Below, in pieces: positions 10,455-19,494 of a stretch of 64,000 bases of DNA (position 1 is the first letter of the stretch; each line of letters begins with the position of its first letter). The notes below the pieces were generated by a model. The model had not been told where the DNA came from. It did not search any database and worked only from the letters and a program-made list of their open reading frames with translations. Source of the stretch: Bdellovibrionales bacterium (GTDB lineage Bacteria > Bdellovibrionota > Bdellovibrionia > Bdellovibrionales > UBA1609). The translations under genes and the position numbers were made by a program. Location of the stretch: positions 1,408,001 through 1,472,000 of the forward strand of contig OZ241877.1 of the NCBI GenBank assembly GCA_965203095.1. Reading direction: 5' to 3'.

Positions 10455-10659
10455 TACTCGCTTGTGAAAAAACCCCTAAAAAGCATTATTCTTAAATTTC
10501 TTTATCCAAAGGCCACAGCATTTCGGGACGGCAATACCTTGGACCCTCATGCTGTGGCCTTTAGATAAAAGCAGTTAAAAGGATGGTTTTCCATAAATTT
10601 GCCACTGAGAAATCAGGAAGTGGAGATGAATGGCTAAGGGCTTTTTTCACGAATGAGTA
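10455..10659. mobile_element. MITE-like element with hairpin core
   Basis: TIRs TACTCGCTTGTGAAAAAA / TTTTTTCACGAATGAGTA; central stem around loop TTCGGGACGGCAATACCTTGGACCCTC. Confidence 0.75.
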
Positions 10660-10729
10660 AATAGTGGACTTTTTTCATTGAGAGATCACTTTTCTTGATT
10701 TTTTCTCCTTATTTAGCTATTTTTTTGTT

Positions 10730-11878
10730 ATGAAGTATTTTTTGAATTTTTTTTGTTTGAGCCTTTTTTACAGTCCTCCATCTTTTTCTTATATCCCAAA
10801 AGATCCTTTTTTAGAAAACCCCTTAGAGAGACCATATTCAGTTGTTCCGATTATGGGCACTGAGGAGGATCTTTCCCCTAATCAGCTTTTTTTTATGGGG
10901 CAAAAATACCTGTATGGGGATGATGGAGCACCTCAAAACTATAACAGGGCGGCGGAATGGTTCCTCAAAGCTACAAAAAGAGGACATGTAAAAGCTCAAA
11001 CTCAACTTGGGCTTTTGTTTCTTAATGGTATGGGGGTTCATTTGGATTACTCTTTGGCCAGGGAATTGTTTTTAAAATCTGCTGAGCGAGGCGACATAAT
11101 CGCCTATTTTAACCTTGGATATATGCAGTTCAAAGGGTTTTTAGGCCCTCAGAATTATAAGCAAGCTGAGCTATGGCTCAGTAAGGCCGCTCGCCAGGGC
11201 CATGTTCCAGCTCAAACCCTGTTAGGCTGGATATATTATGAAGGTCAAGAAGGTTTGTTCCCCAAGGATTATGAACGGGCTATGATGTGGATGGAAAAGG
11301 CAGGAAATCAAGGGGACAAGCTCGCTCAAAGTTATATGGCCACTGCTTTTTACTACGGATCATGGGGGGTGACTTTAAATCATGAGCAAGCCAGAAAATG
11401 GTATAAGAAAGTGGCAGAACAAGGGGATCAGACGGCCCAATCCAATCTGGCTCATATGTATTTTACAGGTCAAGGAGGACCGGTGGATATTGATCAGGCT
11501 TTCAAATGGTATAAAAAATCAGCAGAGCAGGGTTTTAGCCGGGCACAAAATGACCTCGCCGGCATGTATTTGTATGGCTTAGGCATTCCTCAGGACTATG
11601 AAAAGGCAGTGGAGTGGTATGAAAAAGCGGCAGAACAAGGGGACTCCAAGGCCGCCTACAGACTGGGGGACATATATAGCCAAGAACCTCTTTATGATCT
11701 TGTTCTTGCTTTTTACTGGTCCACTATTTCTATATCCCTTGGGCGAAAAGAAGAAGGCTTAAGCTTAAGGGACTATGTTTTGAGCCTGATGTCACCGGCA
11801 GAAAAAGAGATGGCCCTTCAACTCTTTACCCCTCCTACCAGATCCCATTTTTTGATGGATTCCCAAAAAAAGTTTTAG
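10730..11878 (+). CDS. Secreted Sel1-like repeat protein
   Basis: Signal peptide and several AQxxLGxxYxxGxG...A.xWyxKAAEQG repeats. Confidence 0.92.
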   Translation: MKYFLNFFCLSLFYSPPSFSYIPKDPFLENPLERPYSVVPIMGTEEDLSPNQLFFMGQKYLYGDDGAPQNYNRAAEWFLKATKRGHVKAQTQLGLLFLNGMGVHLDYSLARELFLKSAERGDIIAYFNLGYMQFKGFLGPQNYKQAELWLSKAARQGHVPAQTLLGWIYYEGQEGLFPKDYERAMMWMEKAGNQGDKLAQSYMATAFYYGSWGVTLNHEQARKWYKKVAEQGDQTAQSNLAHMYFTGQGGPVDIDQAFKWYKKSAEQGFSRAQNDLAGMYLYGLGIPQDYEKAVEWYEKAAEQGDSKAAYRLGDIYSQEPLYDLVLAFYWSTISISLGRKEEGLSLRDYVLSLMSPAEKEMALQLFTPPTRSHFLMDSQKKF

Positions 11879-11951
11879 CACTCAATTTAATAGTTGCATT
11901 TTCTTTTTTTCCCTCTTAGGCTGATTTCATAAACCTTAAGGAACTTCTTTA

Positions 11952-12425
11952 ATGAATAAAATGATTAAAAAAAAAGCCCCCAATTTAACACTTCCGGCCA
12001 CAAGCGGGAAGACAGTGAACCTTCAACAGACCCAAGGTAAAAATATAATTTTATATTTTTACCCTAAAGATGCCACTCCCGGTTGCACTCAAGAGGGAGG
12101 GGATTTTCGAGATCTGTATAAACAAATACAAGAGATAGGGGGGGAAGTTTTTGGAGTATCCCAAGACTCCCTTTCGTCCCATGAAAAATTTAAAAAAAAG
12201 CAAAATTATCCGTTTGAATTGATCAGTGATGGGGCCGGGGTGCTGTGCAGGGCTTTTGATGTTTTAACTGAAAAGTCCATAGCGGGGAAGATATTTAAAG
12301 GCATTTCCCGAAGCACTTTTGTTATTTCTAAAGAGGCTTTTATTGAAAAAGAGTGGAGAGAGGTTAAAGTCCAGGGGCATGCTCAGGAAGTGTTTGACTT
12401 CCTAAAAAGCCTCTCTATTATGTAG
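11952..12425 (+). CDS. bcp: Peroxiredoxin Bcp
   Basis: LYFYPKDATPGCTQE. Confidence 0.9.
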   Translation: MNKMIKKKAPNLTLPATSGKTVNLQQTQGKNIILYFYPKDATPGCTQEGGDFRDLYKQIQEIGGEVFGVSQDSLSSHEKFKKKQNYPFELISDGAGVLCRAFDVLTEKSIAGKIFKGISRSTFVISKEAFIEKEWREVKVQGHAQEVFDFLKSLSIM

Positions 12426-12428
12426 GTA

Positions 12429-12634
12429 ATGGATGAAAAAAAATCTCTCCCAAAAAAATCCAAAAATGGAAAAAAAGAAATGTCTCTAAATGATAATCTC
12501 ATCATTCATGGGGACAACCTTCCAAAATTTATTTTGGAATGGAGCTTGTTTCAGAAAAGGAACAAAAAATGATCTTTAAAATCCTTATGGAAAAAACATG
12601 GAAGGAAGATTTAGGTCATTTGATGAGGAAATAA
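12429..12634 (+). pseudogene. Remnant of a site-specific DNA methyltransferase (Mod-like), probable deletion scar
   Basis: 47-codon ORF 12429-12572 containing DNLIIHGDNL, joined to a different frame ending ...GHLMRK* at 12634. Confidence 0.55.
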
Positions 12635-12685
12635 TAAAATAAACTTTTTACTTAAGGACATGGATTAAAAAAACTTTTGTTTATT

Positions 12686-13576
12686 ATGGAATTGGAGATT
12701 CAACAAAACTTTTCCCATAAGCCTGTTTTGACAGAGGAGCTGTTGTCTTTGTTTTCCAAAAAAAATCCACCACAAAAAATTTTGGACTGCTCTTTTGGAA
12801 GAGGAGGGCACAGCCTGGCCTTTTTAAAAGAATTTCCCTTTATGGGAGTCATGGCTTTAGACTGTGATGAACAGGCCATTCAAAGTGGGCTTTCCCTAAA
12901 AGAAACAAAGGAGGGAAAAATAACATTGTTGAAAAAGAATTTTCATAACTTCCCCTCCTCAGCACAAAAAGAGGAATATGATATTATCATTATGGACTTA
13001 GGCCCCAGCTCTCCTCAAATAGATGATAAAAACAGAGGTTTTAGTTTTTATCAGGACGGCCCCTTAGATATGAGAATGGACAGGTCACAAAAATTTAAAG
13101 CCAGCGATATTGTGAATTTTTATAGCAAAAAAGAGCTGGTCCGGCTCTTTCAATCTTATGGAGAGATCAAAAGTCCCTATAAAATTACAGAAAAGCTTTT
13201 GCGAAGACGGCGGGAGAAAAAGTTTGAGCGGACTTTAGAGCTTTCCCAATGGATTCAAAAACATTGGCCTCGGAGGTTTAGCAAAAAACACCCCGCTACT
13301 CCTTGGTTTTTGGCTTTAAGAATAGAAGTCAACCGGGAGTTAGAGGGCCTTCAAAACTCTCTTCCTCAATTTGTGCCTCTGCTAAAACCCGGAGGTTATT
13401 TGGCTGTGATATCCTTTCATTCCCTTGAAGATCGCATTGTGAAAAAGGCTTTTCGCCAATTTGTGACTGCTGGGCAGGGGAGGCTTTTTAATAAAAAAGT
13501 GATCCGCCCTCAGCTTGAGGAAAAACAAAAAAACTATAGAAGCCGTAGTGCCCGGCTGAGGGTTTTTCAAAAATAA
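12686..13576 (+). CDS. rsmH: 16S rRNA m4C1402 methyltransferase
   Basis: HKPVL, GRGGHS, DGPLDMRMD, VISFHSLEDRIVK, RSRSARLR. Confidence 0.96.
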   Translation: MELEIQQNFSHKPVLTEELLSLFSKKNPPQKILDCSFGRGGHSLAFLKEFPFMGVMALDCDEQAIQSGLSLKETKEGKITLLKKNFHNFPSSAQKEEYDIIIMDLGPSSPQIDDKNRGFSFYQDGPLDMRMDRSQKFKASDIVNFYSKKELVRLFQSYGEIKSPYKITEKLLRRRREKKFERTLELSQWIQKHWPRRFSKKHPATPWFLALRIEVNRELEGLQNSLPQFVPLLKPGGYLAVISFHSLEDRIVKKAFRQFVTAGQGRLFNKKVIRPQLEEKQKNYRSRSARLRVFQK

Positions 13577-13582
13577 AAAACT

Positions 13583-13885
13583 ATGCCTAATAGAATTTTT
13601 AAAAACACAGATTTTAAACCTTTGCTGAGTCTTCTCATCATTTTGAGCACTCTTTTTGCGACTGCTTTTTTAAAAATCACTGGACTTCGCCTGAGCTATT
13701 CCCTCTATCAAGAAAACCAGACATTTGATCAGATTCAGGATAAGCACTACTCCCAACTCAAAATTTATGGGAAAATGACAAAGCCCAGCAGATTGGAGAG
13801 CCTGGCCAAACAACAGGCACTGAGCAAAAAGAAAAAGGGGCAGGTCATACAGGTTATTGATGGCAAAGCACTTATAGTGGATTGA
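13583..13885 (+). CDS. ftsL: Cell division protein FtsL-like
   Basis: Single TM plus coiled coil, PSRLESLA, located between rsmH and ftsI. Confidence 0.6.
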   Translation: MPNRIFKNTDFKPLLSLLIILSTLFATAFLKITGLRLSYSLYQENQTFDQIQDKHYSQLKIYGKMTKPSRLESLAKQQALSKKKKGQVIQVIDGKALIVD

Positions 13886-13993
13886 ATGCCCTTGTAATTT
13901 ATGGGAAACTTTAAGGGGTAAAAAACCTAAAGATTTTATGTAAAACTAATCCCCCTTAGTTTTTTTAAAAAATCCAAGGAGGGTGGGCAAAAA

Positions 13994-16000
13994 ATGCTTA
14001 AAGGGAAGTCCATTTCCGACAGAATCTCCGTAGTGATTTTAGTTTTTGCTCTTTTATGGGTGGGGCTGATTTTAAAAAGTGCTTCTCTCCAAATGGGAGG
14101 GCATAAAAAGCTTTCGCAACTTAAAAATAAACTTTTTGAACGGACAGTCACCTTAAAACCCCGGCGAGGGAGCATTTATGATCGATATGGCCGGGAGCTG
14201 GCCATATCCATTCCCTCACTTTCTTTATTTGCTGATCCTTATAAAATGAGTGAGCCTTATTGGGCTGGCAAAAAACTGGCCCCGCTTTTAGATATTCCAA
14301 AAAAAAAATTGATAAAAAAATTAATTGATAAAAAAAGACGATTTGTTTGGCTAAAAAGGCATTTGAGCCAGAGGCAGGCTCAGCAAATCAAATCATGGGG
14401 GATTAAGGGGCTTTATTTTATTAAGGAAAGCCAACGGTTTTATCCTAATGAAAGCTCTCTTTCCCAAGTTTTAGGCTTTACCGGAGTTGAGGGGCAGGGT
14501 TTAGAGGGTGTTGAGAAGCAATATGACTCAGCCCTTAAAGGGGAGACACAAAAAATTTTAATTCAAAGAGATGCCAGAGGTCGCCCTCTGTTTATGGATT
14601 TTTCGCCCTTCATTTCAAAAGTCAGTGGCTTTGATGTGCATTTGACTATAGATAGCGACTTGCAGTTTTATGTGGAAAAGGGCCTCCAGCGGGCTGTGGC
14701 CAGGTCCCAAGCCGAATCGGCTGTGGCCATTGTTCTTTTAGCTAAAAATTCAGAGGTTTTGGCTATGGCTAATATTCCCAACTACAACCCCAATCAGCCT
14801 AAAAAAAGCCCTCTCTCTTACCGGAGGAATCGAGCCGTTACAGATATGTTTGAGCCGGGGAGTGCTCTTAAAACTTTTACTGTGATTTCTGCCTTGCAAA
14901 AAGGTTTGAGTCCTACAGAGCTTTACTCCAGCCATCAGGGGCGGTTAAAAATTGGACAGTCGGTTATCACTGAGGCGGATGAGAAAAAAAAGTTCAAAGC
15001 TCAACTGAATATGTCAGAAATTTTAGCTCTCTCATCCAATGTGGGGGCCGGATCTATAGCCTTGAAGGTAGGCCCAGAGGCTTTGAGGAAAACCTTGAGT
15101 CGTTTTGGTTTTGGAGAAAAAACAGGTTTGGATTTTCCCGGAGAGGCCAAGGGGATTTTAAGGCCCCTGCCTTGGCGAAAGATAGAGACAGCCACCATTG
15201 GTTTTGGCCATGGTATTGCCGGAACGGCTTTGCAAGTGGCCAATGCTTATGCCACTATAGCCAGGGGTGGGGAGTTGAAAAAACCTTTTTTGGTTAAAAA
15301 AATCAGAAACCCTTATACTAATGAAGAAAAACATTTTAAAGGCCAAAGCCTTCGCCGAGTCCTTACTCCGGAAACCGCTCGCTCTATTGCCCTGTTATTA
15401 CTGCCCGTCACAGAGGAGAAAGGCACCGGCTCCAAAGCCGCTGTTCCGGGATATTTTGTGGCTGGCAAAACAGGGACAGCTCAAAAAGTGGACTTCAAAA
15501 ATAAAGGTTATAAAAAAGGGGAATATATAAGTAGTTTTGCCGGCTTTATTCCTGCTCATAAGCCCCAGTTTGTAATTTATTTAATGATTGATGGGGCAAA
15601 AGACAATTTTTATGCCTCCTCTTTAGCGGCCCCTTTGTTTTCTCAAATAGCCTCTTATGCTGTCAGAAGGGCAGGGCTTTCCCCTGCGGTTTTAGATAAA
15701 AAGCTTGTGCTCAACAATAGGGAAAAGGATTTGCCCTTAAAATCTGCCCAGAGGGAAACGGCTGGATTAAAACCGATTCCTAAAGCCGGAGGACCAGCTT
15801 TAAATTCACTTTTAAAAAACAGTGGGGAAAGATCACTTGTTCCCAACCTTATTGGTCTCAGCTTGAGAGAAGTTTTAAACCAAACGCAAGGCCAGGGCTG
15901 GAAGTTAAAAATTTATGGATCGGGCTGGCTCACTCAAACAAAGCCTTCTGTAGGAGAACCTCTTTTAGAAGGCAAAACCCTTCACTTGATTTTTAATTAG
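13994..16000 (+). CDS. ftsI: Penicillin-binding protein 3 with PASTA domain
   Basis: RGSIYDR, EPGSALK (SxxK), SSN, KTGTAQK; dcw context. Confidence 0.92.
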   Translation: MLKGKSISDRISVVILVFALLWVGLILKSASLQMGGHKKLSQLKNKLFERTVTLKPRRGSIYDRYGRELAISIPSLSLFADPYKMSEPYWAGKKLAPLLDIPKKKLIKKLIDKKRRFVWLKRHLSQRQAQQIKSWGIKGLYFIKESQRFYPNESSLSQVLGFTGVEGQGLEGVEKQYDSALKGETQKILIQRDARGRPLFMDFSPFISKVSGFDVHLTIDSDLQFYVEKGLQRAVARSQAESAVAIVLLAKNSEVLAMANIPNYNPNQPKKSPLSYRRNRAVTDMFEPGSALKTFTVISALQKGLSPTELYSSHQGRLKIGQSVITEADEKKKFKAQLNMSEILALSSNVGAGSIALKVGPEALRKTLSRFGFGEKTGLDFPGEAKGILRPLPWRKIETATIGFGHGIAGTALQVANAYATIARGGELKKPFLVKKIRNPYTNEEKHFKGQSLRRVLTPETARSIALLLLPVTEEKGTGSKAAVPGYFVAGKTGTAQKVDFKNKGYKKGEYISSFAGFIPAHKPQFVIYLMIDGAKDNFYASSLAAPLFSQIASYAVRRAGLSPAVLDKKLVLNNREKDLPLKSAQRETAGLKPIPKAGGPALNSLLKNSGERSLVPNLIGLSLREVLNQTQGQGWKLKIYGSGWLTQTKPSVGEPLLEGKTLHLIFN

Positions 16001-16250
16001 TCCTTTGTGAAAAAGTCTTCTTATGGAAAAACATAGATCAGATTCTTAAGTAAATTTTTCTTTGTCTTTAAATAAAGGATCATACCTTGACAGCCATAAT
16101 CCTAAAGAGTATCAGTCAAAATATGGCTTTTTATTGGCAGGAGTTCAGCATAATGTTAAAATTCCAAGGGAATCCTTACAGGGCTTTCCTCATCCTTCAA
16201 AATCTTGAGACTCAACACAAGTTTTTGCGAAAGTAGAGGGCTATATTTCC

Positions 16251-17327
16251 ATGATTTACAAATGGCTTTTTGAGCTTTCCTCTTCTTTTCCCGCTTTTAA
16301 TCTCTTCCAATACATTACTTTTCGGTCTTTTTTGGCTTTTTTCACCTCTTTTTTTGTCTGTCTGATTTTAGCTCACTTCTTTATTCGCAAAAGTGCGAAA
16401 AAAGGGATAGGGGAGAAGATCAATGCGGAAGGCCCCAGCTCTCACCACAAAAAAAAAGGCACGCCCACAATGGGAGGGAGTTTTATTTTGTTGGGCCTAC
16501 TCCCTGTCTGTTTGCTGTGGGTAGATATCTCCGAACCTCTGATACAGGCCACAATGATTTTGGTTTATGGCTTTGCAGGTATTGGCCTTTGGGATGATCT
16601 TTTAAAATTCAGAAGGGAAAACAGCCGGGGGATTAAAATCCGATGGAGGCTCTTAATGGAGTTCAGCCTGTCGTTTGCTGTTTTAGCTGGAATGGCTTAT
16701 GAAGGCCATATTTCCACAAACTTGTTTTTGCCTTTTTTTAAAGACTTGAGCCTAAATATGGGTTGGGCCTACTTGCTATTTGGTTCTTTAGTTATTACTG
16801 GTTCTGCCAATGCTGTAAATTTGACAGATGGTTTGGATGGTTTGGCTATTTTCCCCGTAATGATTTGTGCCTCCACACTGTTTGTTTTATCTTATTTGGC
16901 AGGCCACCATGAGCTGGCCGGATATTTGCATATTCCCTTTGTTGCGGGAGCTGGTGAGTTAAGCCCGCTCGCGGCCTCTGTAGTGGCATGTTGCTTGGGC
17001 TTTTTGTGGTATAACTCTTACCCTGCACAGGTCTTTATGGGAGATGTGGGATCTTTAGGGCTGGGGAGTTTTTTAGGTATTACTGCTGTTTTAACAAAAA
17101 ATGAAATTTTATTGTCTATTTTTGGAGGAGTTTTTACAGCAGAGGCCCTTTCTGTTATTTTTCAAGTTTTTTCTTACAAATTGACGGGGAAAAGAATTTT
17201 CAAAATGGCCCCTTTGCACCACCACTTTGAGCTGAAGGGGATGGAGGAGTCCAAAATTATTGTCCGGTTTTGGATTATCTCCATTTTATTGGCTGTTTTT
17301 AGCCTGGCGGCTTTAAAGATCCGCTAA
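16251..17327 (+). CDS. mraY: Phospho-N-acetylmuramoyl-pentapeptide transferase
   Basis: KKGTPTMGG, NAVNLTDGLDGLA, FMGDVGS, MAPLHHHFE. Confidence 0.97.
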   Translation: MIYKWLFELSSSFPAFNLFQYITFRSFLAFFTSFFVCLILAHFFIRKSAKKGIGEKINAEGPSSHHKKKGTPTMGGSFILLGLLPVCLLWVDISEPLIQATMILVYGFAGIGLWDDLLKFRRENSRGIKIRWRLLMEFSLSFAVLAGMAYEGHISTNLFLPFFKDLSLNMGWAYLLFGSLVITGSANAVNLTDGLDGLAIFPVMICASTLFVLSYLAGHHELAGYLHIPFVAGAGELSPLAASVVACCLGFLWYNSYPAQVFMGDVGSLGLGSFLGITAVLTKNEILLSIFGGVFTAEALSVIFQVFSYKLTGKRIFKMAPLHHHFELKGMEESKIIVRFWIISILLAVFSLAALKIR

Positions 17328-17375
17328 GTTGAAAGCTTGCAAAGTTTTTTTTTATATGATAGGAAGTTGATCATA

Positions 17376-18764
17376 ATGCCCGCTCCACTCAGTGATCTTG
17401 CAGGAAAAAAGGTAGCCGTTATCGGTTTAGGGAAAACGGGTAGGGCCCTTTCGCGTTTTTTGTTAAAACATGGAGCAGAGGTCTTAATCAGTGACCATAA
17501 ATCCGAGGCGGAGCTTTCTTCCAGTTTAGAGGCCGTTCAGGATTTGCCTCTCAAGTTTGAATTGGAGGGGCACAACCCTAAAAGCCTCATTCAACAAGAC
17601 TATGTTATCCTCAGTCCGGGGATCCCACTCCATCTCAAACTTTTTGATTATATAAAAAGCCATGGGGTTCAGGTCACAGGAGAATTTGAGTTTGCCTCTC
17701 GCTTTATTGAAGAGCCGATGGTGGTGATTACAGGCACTAATGGGAAAACCACTGTTTTAGAGTTGGCTCAGCTGTTTTTAAAAAAATCCGGTGTGAATGT
17801 TTGGTGTGGGGGGAATTATAAAACCCCGCTCAGCCAATACCTCTATGAAGGGGAAAAGGCAGATGTTCTTCTGGTGGAAGCCTCCAGTTTTATGCTGGAA
17901 CATGTCCAACAGATGGCCCCCACTAACATTGTATTTACCAACTTGGCACAAAGCCACTTGGACCGATACGCCAGTATGCAGGATTATATGCAGGCTAAAA
18001 GAAAGGTTTTTACAAATACTCATGAAAAAACCACCAGTATTTTGAATGCAGACAGCAATGCCATAATAGAGATGGCCCGGGATCCTTTGGTTCAAAGAGG
18101 AAAAATTTTTTACTTCTCCACCAGAAAAATTTTAAAACCGCAAATTATGAATATTGGGGGGGCTGTGGCCATTGATGGCGAAGTGCATGCACGAACCCGC
18201 CCGGAAATAGAGTTTTATAACTTAAAAAACACTCCTCTTAAGGGAAGGCACTCTCAGGAAAACATTATGGCGGCCATCCTTATTGCCAAAGAGCACGGAG
18301 GGACATGGATGCATATTCAAAGAGGAATTGATGAGTATAAGGGAAGTGCTCACCGCATGGAGTATGTTCGCCGTGTGGGCGGGGTGAATTTTTATAATGA
18401 TTCCAAAGCCACTAATGTTCATGCTGTTAGCCGAGCCTTAGAATCTTTTGAGGACAATGTAATTTTAATCATGGGGGGGAAGGACATTGGCTTAAACTAC
18501 AAGCCCTTAGCAGAAAGTATTCGCCGGAAAGTCAAAAGCCTGATTCTTGTGGGCGAAGCTAAAGAGAGCATCAACCGCCATATTGGAGATTATAGCGAAA
18601 CTTTTTTGATTGGGACTTTTGACGAGGCCATTTTTATCAGTTATCAAAAATCTCGTATTAAGGACATTGTGCTTTTGTCCCCTGGTTGCCCCAGTTTTGA
18701 CACCTTTAGCTCTTATGAGGAGCGAGGTAATTATTTTAAAAATTTAGTTCAAAAATTTAAATAA
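17376..18764 (+). CDS. murD: UDP-MurNAc-L-Ala:D-Glu ligase
   Basis: GLGKTG, ITGTNGKTT, NDSKATN, LLSPGCPSFD. Confidence 0.96.
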   Translation: MPAPLSDLAGKKVAVIGLGKTGRALSRFLLKHGAEVLISDHKSEAELSSSLEAVQDLPLKFELEGHNPKSLIQQDYVILSPGIPLHLKLFDYIKSHGVQVTGEFEFASRFIEEPMVVITGTNGKTTVLELAQLFLKKSGVNVWCGGNYKTPLSQYLYEGEKADVLLVEASSFMLEHVQQMAPTNIVFTNLAQSHLDRYASMQDYMQAKRKVFTNTHEKTTSILNADSNAIIEMARDPLVQRGKIFYFSTRKILKPQIMNIGGAVAIDGEVHARTRPEIEFYNLKNTPLKGRHSQENIMAAILIAKEHGGTWMHIQRGIDEYKGSAHRMEYVRRVGGVNFYNDSKATNVHAVSRALESFEDNVILIMGGKDIGLNYKPLAESIRRKVKSLILVGEAKESINRHIGDYSETFLIGTFDEAIFISYQKSRIKDIVLLSPGCPSFDTFSSYEERGNYFKNLVQKFK

Positions 18765-18782
18765 TTCTGTTATCTTTATTTT

Positions 18783-19466
18783 ATGAGATTTTTCTGTCTT
18801 TTATCGTTATCTCTTTTTTTGTTGGCTTGCGATGATCTTTATAGTTCCCCACCCTCTACAGTTTCTCCATATCAAACAACTCCATTTCAACAAGCTGAAG
18901 AAGATAAGGCCAGCTTAAAGAAAGCCCCTGCCGAAGAGAGGTTTGGGGTGGTCCGATGCAATAAGAGTCAATATTCCCACTTTAATAATGAATTGTTGGG
19001 TTTTTTATCCACTACAAAAAAACCTGAGGAGATACAAGGTCCTGTGAATTGTTTAAAAGACAGAAAAGATATTAAAGGGGGCATGTTGCTTACCGGTGAG
19101 ATCTTTTTTGAAGGTAATGAGCTTTTTGATCTTGAAAATCCCCCTTCTAATTTAGAACTTACTAAAAGTTCTTACTTAGAGATTCATATTGTAAATACAC
19201 ACAATAAGGCCATTGCGGTTTTGAAAATGCCTGCTGTTCCCACGGCCAGCACAGTTTCCGGAAACAGTGCGGTTTTGACTTTTGAAGACAAAAAAGGCCG
19301 GGTGTCCTTAGACGGAGTTGTTAATGAGAAGGATGTTTTCACAGGGCCTTTTAAATATGAAAACTTTGTGAATTGGCAGGGGGGAGCAGGAGCCAGCGGG
19401 ACCATTGGTTATTTTTATATTCCCGTTTGCCGTCTTTTTAAATGCCAGGTAGGGGATGAAGACTGA
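18783..19466 (+). CDS. Hypothetical lipoprotein
   Basis: Lipobox LLAC after a hydrophobic signal. Confidence 0.7.
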   Translation: MRFFCLLSLSLFLLACDDLYSSPPSTVSPYQTTPFQQAEEDKASLKKAPAEERFGVVRCNKSQYSHFNNELLGFLSTTKKPEEIQGPVNCLKDRKDIKGGMLLTGEIFFEGNELFDLENPPSNLELTKSSYLEIHIVNTHNKAIAVLKMPAVPTASTVSGNSAVLTFEDKKGRVSLDGVVNEKDVFTGPFKYENFVNWQGGAGASGTIGYFYIPVCRLFKCQVGDED

Positions 19467-19494
19467 CAATCCTCAGAAGGGAGGGCTGGCCTAT

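Noticed and set aside
10520..10550. Known ribozyme or riboswitch in the invariant loop
   Set aside because: No hammerhead, twister, HDV or recognised riboswitch consensus could be matched by eye; left as unknown.
16001..16250. murE/murF remnant between ftsI and mraY
   Set aside because: No convincing Mur ligase motif in the frames examined.
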